64,000 nt of DNA. Source: Paramoeba atlantica (Eukaryota; Protista; Discosea). Each line of letters begins with the position of its first letter. The stretch's first letter is position 1. Shown piece by piece: positions 49,448 through 59,088 of the stretch. Location of the stretch: the NCBI GenBank assembly GCA_977017575.1, contig CDRNVI010000043.1, positions 620,001-684,000 on the forward strand, read 5' to 3'. Under the pieces are notes generated by a model. It had not been told where the DNA came from and searched no databases. It worked only from the letters and a program-made list of their open reading frames with translations. A program made the translations under genes and the position numbers.

Positions 49448-50476
49448 CTAGTGGATCGTTCGTCTTTCGGCACGAGTGTAGCTCACAGGTGTCTTCGTAC
49501 CGCCACTCGCCACCCCCCGGTGAAAATCCTTTAAACGTGGACAATTGGCCCGCAAGTGCCCAGGCATGCGACAGTTGAAGCACAGCGGAGGCTGGGTCGC
49601 ACGTACCCGACGAGACTGCTTTGAAGTTTCCTCTAGCATAATACGTCCATAGGTGTCGTCAGGGTTCTTCACCTGGTGAAGTCGCTGCTGTACTTTCTCA
49701 ACTGGAGCGCCGGCCGCGGCCCAATAATGGTTTCTTAGCTCCTCTATAATGATCTTAGCTATGTTGTAGAAGTTTTCGTCTGTCCATTCTGCCAACTTGC
49801 GCGCCGCATAAATCCACTGAACGAGCATTTCGAATAAGCGTTCCCGAACAAGCGGAGGATTGAACCGTACGCCGAATTCTTTCGTATCGCGGAGCTCTCG
49901 CACCAGTTCCCGTGGCTTAAACTCATCTGGGGATTCTATCCATGGACCCCATGTTTTTGGTTCAATGGGAGAGAAGTTCTTGGGATCAGAGATGGTCAAA
50001 CGGTCTACAGAAGGAAGATGCTCAACTCGCTCACCGCCTGGCATCCGAGCTTGTACTTTAGCAATCGCCAATGAGTAATAGTCAATATCTGGGAACGGGA
50101 AGCTGTACTCCATATCTTCTTCATCATCCCAACGCGCCTTTAATTCTGAGTGGTCAGGGTCATTGCGATTTTTCAAGTACACTTGGCCGATTACTGTATA
50201 TTGCTCGGTCTCTTCCTTGTGGCCCCATACTGCCTGAATCCAAACCTTATGACCTCGAGAGAGAAGCAATCGCATCTTATGAGCAAATTCATATTTCGCA
50301 TCATCCGTCATCGGCAAACGTACATCGTTTCCAAGGAGGGCTTCAACCTGGTCAGGGTTGAGGGTACCGCCTCGTCGGCTATGTCGGGAAACCTGGGGCT
50401 CCGGAGCTTGAGGCTCAGGGCTGTTTGCTCTAGATCGTGAAATTGCCCTAGTAACAGCTTGGACGATTCCAGACAT
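49448..50476 (-). CDS. Gag-like ORF1 with CCHC zinc knuckle
   Basis: CFNCRMPGHLRANC; ATG at 50476 just inside repeat A1. Confidence 0.85.
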   Translation of the reverse strand: MSGIVQAVTRAISRSRANSPEPQAPEPQVSRHSRRGGTLNPDQVEALLGNDVRLPMTDDAKYEFAHKMRLLLSRGHKVWIQAVWGHKEETEQYTVIGQVYLKNRNDPDHSELKARWDDEEDMEYSFPFPDIDYYSLAIAKVQARMPGGERVEHLPSVDRLTISDPKNFSPIEPKTWGPWIESPDEFKPRELVRELRDTKEFGVRFNPPLVRERLFEMLVQWIYAARKLAEWTDENFYNIAKIIIEELRNHYWAAAGAPVEKVQQRLHQVKNPDDTYGRIMLEETSKQSRRVRATQPPLCFNCRMPGHLRANCPRLKDFHRGVASGGTKTPVSYTRAERRTIH

Positions 50477-50481
50477 AAAAA

Positions 50482-50649
50482 TTCGAAAACGTGTAGATTT
50501 TGTATTTGAATAGTCCCTAAGCACATACACATCCGTTAATAACTTTTCTAATGAATTTACGAAATCAATCAATCAACAGTCACATTTTCAATGATAAGTA
50601 AAACTATACGTAATAAGCTCTCGCCTGAATTTCTTACCGTAAACTATTA
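50482..50649. repeat. 5' split direct repeat A1
   Basis: 168 bp matching 46088-46255. Confidence 0.92.
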
Positions 50650-51712
50650 AGCAGATTTCCGAATTTCGTACGGACGTAAGGAAAGTTTCAACTGCGCAAG
50701 AAAATCTCCAAAAAGAGTTTGGAAAACGTGATGCGGAAGTACGGAATGAAATGAAGATATTGCGCTCCATGACGATGGAAGTGACCCAAAGGTTGAACGA
50801 CCGTCAGAATCAAAAAGGGTCAAGCATAGGAACCTCTGATGCGGGTACTAGTGAAGTGCGCCACCACGAATAAGTGAACCCGAATCATTGTATGAGTCCC
50901 GACGAGTTGAAAAAAGTTATTTGCAAAGTTACTTCTCTTCTAGACAAGTACACCGTCGAGCTGGATGTTTCGTGGTACTATGAAGAATTGGGTCCAAGTG
51001 CTTTGCAAGTGTGGAAAGGAATAGCCTATCCCGGAATTGATGAAAATGGACAACCCTTTTTACAAGTCGACTATGGCCAGGGCCTGTACGCTTTACCTGA
51101 GGAAGGTGTCATGTACAACAATATTAAGATCGTATCTAAGGTTCCGAAAGATGAGGAAACTTCAGATATCTCAGGATCCGAACTTCGTGGTCAATTCTTT
51201 TTTTTTTTGGTCAATTCGAAGAGAGTTCATTTAAATGGCAGAAAGTACGAACCTGGTCTGGAATACTAAACTCTGGTGAACCGTTCTCTCTAGATATTTT
51301 GGAAAATCGGCTGAAAGAAGCATTGCAAATGCCAATTTATCTGAATGAAGAATTGAAATTTCTGTGGGAATTATTAAAACAATGGATGCGAGCAACAGCA
51401 GATCGCCAGAATGAAGCTGAAGATTCAGAAAAACATTTTGAAGTTGGACAGTTGACACTTGATCGTTTACGCATTAAACTGGGGTCATTAAAGGGCTCCG
51501 ATACTAGTTATGTGCAATCTCATTATAATGCCCACCGAAATTCAGATGACGTCTTGGGGAATTTGATCAATACAAGCGTAAATTATAACCGGGGCAGAGG
51601 ACGAGGTTTCACGCCAATGCGGGGATACCGATCAGGACAACAGAATGTTTCCGCAACATATTCACAAACCGAAACTAATCAAAAAAATCACTATGGTAGG
51701 GACATTCAACGG
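50650..51712 (+). pseudogene. 3' part of the gag-like retrocopy
   Basis: Coiled coil, stop at 50871, then VSWY...YALPEEGVMY, KVRTWSG, LWELLKQW, homologous to the YR Gag; frameshift from a poly(T)+TSD insertion. Confidence 0.7.
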
Positions 51713-52576
51713 CCTTGTTGTACCTTGTTGATGGCCTTGTGCCTGTACCTTGTTGTACCTTGTTGATCTTTTCAGTCAATTTCCCCCATGCACCCCTTCA
51801 CCCCTGGGGAAATTAAGCCCCCCTTCCGCCTCCCACTTCACCCCTAGCGCCGCCCCCTTCGCCGTCCTCTCCACCCTGCTCCGTCGCCCTTCCCGCGACC
51901 TGTTTCGCCCCCCCTCTTGGGGAGGGAGCTTGAGCTACCCCATGCGCCGCCGCCGCCGCGCTCCCCGCCGCGCTCCCACCGCGCTCCCCGCCGCGCTCCC
52001 ACCGCGCCACCCGCCGCGCTCCCGCCGCGCCACCCGCCACGCCTCTCGCCCCGCCTCCCCTTCCGCCGCTCCCTTTGCCGCCACCATTTCCGCCCCGTTT
52101 TCGCCGCCTTCTTTCGTCGCCGCTTCGCCGGCCCTTTCTCCGTCCCCCCAGTCGCCGTTCCCCTCCCCGGCCCCTTGTGTGGAGCTACCCGGTGTCAGCA
52201 AAACAAGACGCCAAGAAACTAGGGTAGTCTCCATATGCAAAAATTTAAATTGTGAAGGGCACTGGTCGAGCTCCATTGTGAGCCCCGCTGGTGAGAGAGC
52301 CTCGCAAGCTCCACACACCCTAGCGTGAGTCATCCCTGGTGGTGGAACAGAATATAACGACTGTTCCACTACTTCTTTGCCCCAGGATGCGAATCCATCG
52401 GGCATTGAAGTCACGGATAACAAGTCAGACCACGCAACCTGACAGGTATTGCTTGTCTCTCTGCGAGTGCGGCATCCCACTGGGAAAGTCTGCGCGCGAC
52501 TGACAGCGTACCACCCACGGAGTACGGTAATACCCGGTGCCGTTTCACACGAGCACTAAATAACTAGGGTGTACTC
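51713..52576 (+). mobile_element. SL-headed GC-rich SINE-like element with two hairpin motifs
   Basis: Four stacked SL fragments at 51713-51765, CCCCTTCACCCC, CCG-rich body, motifs at 52186-52226 and 52531-52571. Confidence 0.7.
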
Positions 52577-52844
52577 TGAACCCATAGCCAGTCATGGCCA
52601 AACGGGTTAAACAACAACAACCTCCCAGAGAGATATACATCCCTCCCTATCGCGAACGGGTGTCCACGCGGGGAGTGGTTTGGGGGCTGGTGGGTGGGAC
52701 AAAAAGTTTTGTATGGAGAAAAACACTTCTTCAAATAAAAGCGATAATCGTATGGACTAAACTGCATATTCAAATCATTCTAAATACAAGCGTACAATGC
52801 CCGCCGGCCATTTATCGGCGTATAAATCCCTTCGAACAATTTCT

Positions 52845-54211
52845 GCTCACGGAAAGCTACGGGAAACGTGCCATGAGGACTTGTCTGCGCGAAGCGTGAT
52901 GGTTTCTTATCCGCAGGTTGTGATTTCTGGCCTCGAGCGCCCAAACCTCCTTTCAGCTCGGCTGGGTTTCGTCAACTTCCGGATGAGTAATCTTCGCGCT
53001 CACGGAAAGCTACGGGAAACGTGCCATGAGGACTTGTCTGCGCGAAGCGTGTTGGTTTCTTATCCGCAGGTTGTGATTTCTGGCCCCGAGCACCCAAACC
53101 TCCTTTCAGCTCGGCTGGGTTTCGTCAACTTCCGGATGAGCAATCTTCGCGCTCACGGAAAGCTACGGGAAACGTGCCATGAGGACTTGTCTGCGCGAAG
53201 CATGTTGGTGTCTTATCCGCAGGTTGTGATTTCTGGCCTCGAGCGCCCAAACCTCCTTTCAGCTCGGCTGGGTTTCGTCAACTTCCGGATCAGTAATCTT
53301 CGCGCTCACGGAAAGCTACGGGAAACGTGCCATGAGGACTTGTCTGCGCGAAGCGTGTTGGTTTCTTATCCGCAGGTTGTGATTTCTGGCCTCGAGCGCC
53401 CAAACCTCCTTTCAGCTCGGCTTGGTTTCGTCAACTTCCGGATGAGTAATCCTCGCGCTCACGGAAAGCTACGGGAAACGTGCCATGAGGACTTGTCTGC
53501 GCGAAGCGTGTCGTTGTCTTATCCGCAGGTTGTGATTTCTGGCCTCGAGCGCCCAAACCTCCTTTCAGCTCGGCTGGGTTTCGTCAACTTCCGGATGAGC
53601 AATCTTCGCGCTCACGGAAAGCTACGGGAAACGTGCCATGAGGACTTGTCTGCGCGAAGCGTGTTGGTTTCTTATCCGCAGGTTGTGATTTCTGGCCTCG
53701 AGCGCCCAAACCTCCTTTCAGCTCGGCTGGGTTTCGTCAACTTCCGGATCAGTAATCTTCGCGCTCACGGAAAGCTACGGGAAACGTGCCATGAGGACTT
53801 GTCTGCGCGAAGCGTGTTGGTTTCTTATCCGCAGGTTGTGATTTCTGGCCCCGAGCGCCCAAACCTCCTTTCAGCTCGGCTGGGTTTCGTCAACTTCCGG
53901 ATGAGTAATCTTCGCGCTCACGGAAAGCTACGGGAAACGTGCCATGAGGACTTGTCTGCGCGAAGCGTGTTGGTTTCTTATCCGCAGGTTGTGATTTCTG
54001 GCCTCGAGCGCCCAAACCTCCTTTCAGCTCGGCTGGGTTTCGTGAACTTCCGGATGAGTAATCCTCGCGCTCACGGAAAGCTACGGGAAACGTGCCATGA
54101 GGACTTGTCTGCGCGAAGCGTGTCGTTGTCTTATCCGCAGGTTGTGATTTCTGGCCTCGAGCGCCCAAACCTCCTTTCAGCTCGGCTGGGTTTCGTCAAC
54201 TTCCGGATGAG
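52845..54211 (+). repeat. Tandem array of 153-bp units (9 copies)
   Basis: GCTCACGGAAAGCTAC recurs at 52845, 52998 and onward with few substitutions. Confidence 0.95.
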
Positions 54212-54714
54212 AAATCGGCGTCTTCTTTCTCACACATAATGAACAAGAATAAATAAAATGAAACCAATTCCTAAATCATGTAATATCTTTCTTCATAAAG
54301 CAATTCAAAGAATTCAACTGCTTTAGTATCCTCACCACCTATCCATGAAAAGAAATTAAGGTACCTGGCCATTTCAATCAAACTTACAGTATTTGAAACA
54401 AATCCACAACAAACTCCTTTACTTACGAACGGGCATCCCGTCCGCCAACTCCGCGAACCAGCCCAATAAAAAGGTTAGAGAAGGAGTGTCACTATACCAA
54501 ACTAAATAAATGAAATCTCTAAGCAAAACAAACAAATCATATCTCATAATATAAATATTATGTGCCCCCAAGGGCCATTATATCAATCATCCTAAATTTC
54601 TAAACGTACACTTATATAAACAAAACAAACAAATCATATCTCATAATATAAATATTATGTGCCCCGAAGGGCCATTATATCAATCATCCTAAATTTCTAA
54701 ACGTATACTTATAG

Positions 54715-55047
54715 CAATCTTCGCGCTCACGGAAAGCTACGGGAAACGTGCCATGAGGACTTGTCTGCGCGAAGCGTGTTGGTTTCTTATCCGCAGGTTG
54801 TGATTTCTGGCCTCGAGCGCCCAAACCTCCTTTCAGCTCGGCTGGGTTTCGTCAACTTCCGGATGAGTAATCTTCGCGCTCACGGAAAGCTACGGGAAAC
54901 GTGCCATGAGGACTTGTCTGCGCGAAGCGTGTTGGTGTCTTATCCGCAGGTTGTGATTTCTGGCCTCGAGCGCCCAAACCTCCTTTCAGCTCGGCTGGGT
55001 TTCGTCAACTTCCGGATGAGTAATCTTCGCGCTCACGGAAAGCTAAG
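54715..55047 (+). repeat. Second block of the 153-bp array (about 2.2 units)
   Basis: Same unit, resuming after an AT-rich spacer that contains its own 95-bp duplication (about 54525-54713). Confidence 0.9.
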
Positions 55048-55150
55048 AGAAACGTGAGGACTAGTCTGCGTCCTCCCGCAAGTTGTGATGTAAAGTCGAT
55101 AAGAAGTTGATGTGCGAGATGAACTTATCGAGTCACGTAAAAAAAAAAAA

Positions 55151-56690
55151 TTCTGTACCTTGTTGATTTTATTTTTCCTACTACTCTCAACCTTTATGCA
55201 GCAGCGAGTTCTAGTCATCCACAGCGAACCTGCACAGACAAGTGCACCAGTATTCACCTTTGGACAGGCCGAAGAAAAGCCCACGGAGCCAGATACAACA
55301 TCGAAGGAGCGCCTCGAAAGCGAAGCCCGAAAGTCATCCAAACCACACACCCGAAGTTCCGGACCCATAGTTGTTGAAACGCTAGACGATATCGGCTTTG
55401 GTAGACGCAAAAAGAAGCATCGACGTCCAACCTGGCGCCGTTTGATTCAAGGGAAACAGGAAGGCGAATCATCCGGCTCCGAAAGCGAGAAGCGCGATCC
55501 GCCACGGAAAGTCTCCCAGAGCCGTGAGGCCCAACGTCATGAACCTGCCAAGATCTCGCTTTCCCAAGATAAAGCGAGCTACGCACTGAAAAACGAACGA
55601 AGATCCTTTGTTCATAACCCCTGCCAACTCACAAACGGCCCGAACACCCACTCGAAGAAAGAATCACAAGCTCATAAATCCATGTCAAAAAAGCGGTGCG
55701 ATGAACAGAAACCCTCTGCCAAAGAAACATTGTCGCGCCACTGCCCCGAGTTGGACACGGAGACCGACGCTGATTATGATAGCGCTGGAACCGTCACGGC
55801 GAAAACCGTCACGGAAGAAAATTCCCCCATATCCCCAGACTACGTCGTCGACCAAATCTCGAACTGGGGAAAAGGCACCGAATGCAGCGTACGATGGTCT
55901 TTCCGCAGCTCCCAGAACTTGGTTTACGATTCGATCGGCGAAGTTGTCTCACGGAAGGTGAGAAAGAAAACGCTGAGCATCAATCTCTCGTACAAGCCCG
56001 CCCCCGGGGCGACAGGTCCCTCAGGAAATCTTTATTTGCCTCAGTCGTCCAAGATCAGGATCCTCAGCATTGACGCCACGAAACTCCACCGAGTCCCTAG
56101 GTACGAACCTCAAACCATGGAGAGTGCAGCAGGTGATGCTGAAGAAGTTGACCACGGAGTTGATTTAGAACCGCTACCGCCTTTCGCGCAAATTGACTCG
56201 GCTTTCTCTGTGCACGTAGTTGCCATTTTTCGTTCCATCATCAAAGACTATCCAAGACTAGAACTGACATCGGAGATTGCTTCATGTTTAGATTTAATAT
56301 ATATTGACCTAAACGTGGATATAAACACTTTCCTTGGCAGGACGGCTCGTGCGCACAATTCTGCTAAATATCGTAAAGACCAATTAGCAGTACTTCGACT
56401 ACCGACCAAGAAAGGAGGATTAGGTCTAACTGACTGCTTCTCGATCCGTGAAGCGGCTTTTAGCTCGTCACAATATTCAATCTTCGAGCGCCAAATCGAA
56501 AATACAGCTCAGTTTGGAAACGGTGCGACAAATGCCCCTTCGGACGCGATCTGTCAGCGGAGACCTCCCCCGGACGACGAACTGACAAAAGCAGCAGAAC
56601 TGCACACACAGACATGGAAAAAACTGAAAGACTCTACCTCGCGCGCAGCAAAGGTTCTGGAAAAGGTGTCTTACAAAGGGAATCGACTCG
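55151..56690 (+). mobile_element. SL-headed CRE-like element with the RT core deleted
   Basis: A12 + TTCTGTACCTTGTTG, ATG at 55196 (MQQRV); N-terminal region joined via filler to LPTKKGGLGL...EKVSYKGN. Confidence 0.78.
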
Positions 56691-56817
56691 TTCCTTCTCC
56701 TCGTTTTTCCTTCCCCCCTTCTCTCGCTTCTTTGAGAGAAAACTACAACCGCACATCTCTAACTATATATTAAAAAACGAGTGTAAGAAATCCATTCTAA
56801 AGAAATTAAAGCTAAAT

Positions 56818-57600
56818 CTAGAAGCCATAAGTATCCTCCTCTGTACGGGGCTCCAAGAACCGACGCAACTGGCAGTTTAACACTGCCCCATTCAATTCTT
56901 GCAAATGCAGCGCAAAGTCTCGTTCCACCGCCTGCGGATTCATGGACGATTTCTCGGCCAAAATGTGTAGTAGCTCTCTTGTGTTGGCGTGAAGTGATCC
57001 GCTTGCAAGGATGGGTAAGCACCGAAAGTTGTCCTCTCTTAATATTTTGGTCGCCACGTACTTGGTGCGTTTCCTCGTGATCGCGTCTTGGAGTGCTTTT
57101 GCTGGCTTGGTACCGAGAAGGAGCGAGCTCGTGTACGACTGTAAGGTCATAAAAGATCTCCCCTGTGGCCCAATATACTACCAAATCGGGGCCCGATCGA
57201 TGCAACGCGCTGCCTTTGCACGCTGTTGCATGCTCCCTCTTTCGCTCTTCGGAAATTACCTCCGAGCACCCGAGGCACGTGTACGATGAAAACTGACGGG
57301 GCTCCCGCTCGCATGGGATACCGGTCTTCATGCAAAGGTCGTAGATGTAACGAATCAGACAATTGTGCTTCGTAGTCGAATTCGTTCCGGTGCACCTGAC
57401 GCATCCCGGCACGTGGGTGAGAGCGGTCTCGCCGTTGATTTCCGTTTTGCAGCCCGGGCAGAGAAAGGATGAAGGGAGCTCCGGGTGACAGATACCGAGC
57501 CTCGGCATCACTGCTAGGGTGTATTGTCGCGTCGGTATAAATCGTTCGGTCGCGTGCAGCCACGAGTAGCTTCCTTTCCGAGTAGTTGCCTGCATTATTT
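56818..57600 (-). pseudogene. CRE-like 3' fragment: zinc fingers and RLE endonuclease, frameshifted
   Basis: CPGC...HVPGC, TTKHN, CLGC...HATAC, GPDLVVYW...YDLTVVH. Confidence 0.88.
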
Positions 57601-57643
57601 GCGCAGTTTTCTTGGTTTCACACAGACGCGTTTTTATCGCCTT

Positions 57644-58995
57644 GTTTCTGTACCTTGTTGACTTTTTTTACTATCTCTCTCACGCATTATGCAGCAGCGA
57701 GTGCTTGTCATCCACAGTGGAACTGTGCAGGATAATGACTCAGTCTTCACCTTCGGTTCGGCGAAAGAGCAGGTGTGTGATACGGAACAAAAATCTGTTT
57801 CGCAACCGCGCACGCGAAGAGGTGGACCCATCACAGTACAAACTTTGGACGACATTGGTTTTGGAAAACGTAAGAAAAAGCATCGCCGGCCAGTGTGGCG
57901 TCCGCTCGACCTTGATCCAACTAAAGAGGGAAATTCCACCAGTTCTGACAGTGAGAAACGTGAAATGCCACGCAAAGTGTCCAGGAGCCGCGTTCCGGAT
58001 TCGCCGCAACCCAAAAGCTTGGGAAAAGCAGAGAAGCCGAGTGCGAAAACGAAAAGCCAAAATAAAGGGCAAAAAGGCGAGATTATGGGGAAGGAGGGCG
58101 CGCAAAAGAAGGATCAACACTCATTCGAGAGCAAGAGTTTACAAAGCCCACCTCCCCCAGTAAATATACAAGACAACTGGACGAAACAAGGACGGGGCGT
58201 TTCCAAACAAGAAAACAATGAAATATCCGAATCCAAGCAACAGACGCCCTCGACTGTGAAGGGACACAATCCACGAGAACGTGCGCCAGTTGAACACCTT
58301 GTACCTCAAGAACGCGATTCAGACATAGAGGCCGACGCTGAGTACTGTGACTCGTCGGAAGATAACGAAAATGCAGGAAACTCGCCCATAGCTCCCGACC
58401 ACGTTCTTCGGAAAATCTCGGATTGGGGTAAAGGAACGACGTGTGCAGTACGGTGGTGTTTTCGAAACTCTCAGAATCGAATCTACGAATCGATTGGTGA
58501 AGTTGTTTCCAGAAAACTGCGAAAGAAAGCGTTGAACATCAAAATTTCGTACCATCCAGCCCCTGACGAAGCCGGGCCCTCTGGAAATCTTTATCTTCCC
58601 CAGTCGACGAAAATCAAGGTTTTCGGCATCCGAGCAACTCATCTACGCCGTGTTCCAGATTGTGAAGTTTCAACGACGATATGCGCGGCAGAAGATGCGG
58701 ACGGCACAGATCACGGGTGTGACCTAGAGCCTTTGCCTTCTTTCTCCCAGATCGATCCGACGTTTTCTGTGCATGTGGTAGCTATTTTCCGTTCGATCAT
58801 AAGAGACTATCCGAGACTTAAACTATCCTCAGAAAAAGATGCATTATGGCAAAAATTCCTCAACGCCCCACGAGACTCACTAGTAAGCGTGCGGAAAGCT
58901 ATCCAAAGACGGGAAAGCATCCCGCATAGCCATAAGTTTGATCATGAATTTCGTGGTCAGCCCAAATTGGAGAAATGTCTTTTCCTGTGCTTTTT
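57644..58995 (+). mobile_element. SL-headed CRE-like 5' region, 3'-truncated
   Basis: GTTTCTGTACCTTGTTG then ATG at 57689 (MQQRV); paralogous to the 55196 ORF. Confidence 0.78.
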
Positions 58996-59073
58996 TCAAC
59001 AGTCACATTTTCAATGATAAGTAAAACTATACGTAATAAGCTCTCGCCTGAATTTCTTACCGTAAACTATTAA
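58996..59073. repeat. Solo 78-bp terminal fragment of YR repeat A
   Basis: Matches about 50573-50650. Confidence 0.88.
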
Positions 59074-59088
59074 CAACTATGACTAATA

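Larger units (their letters stand above)
45818..50649 (-). mobile_element. Tyrosine-recombinase retrotransposon (TATE/VIPER/Ngaro-like), apparently full length
   Basis: Order gag-YR-RT-RNase H; split direct repeats A1-ORFs-B1-A2-B2; no TSD. Confidence 0.9.

Noticed and set aside
52797-54239. 480-aa ORF as a real gene
   Set aside because: It is a translation of the tandem array with no recognised domain; kept as a repeat pending expression data.
52845-55047. CRISPR array
   Set aside because: Units are contiguous near-identical 153-mers with no unique spacers, there are no cas genes, and the context is eukaryotic.
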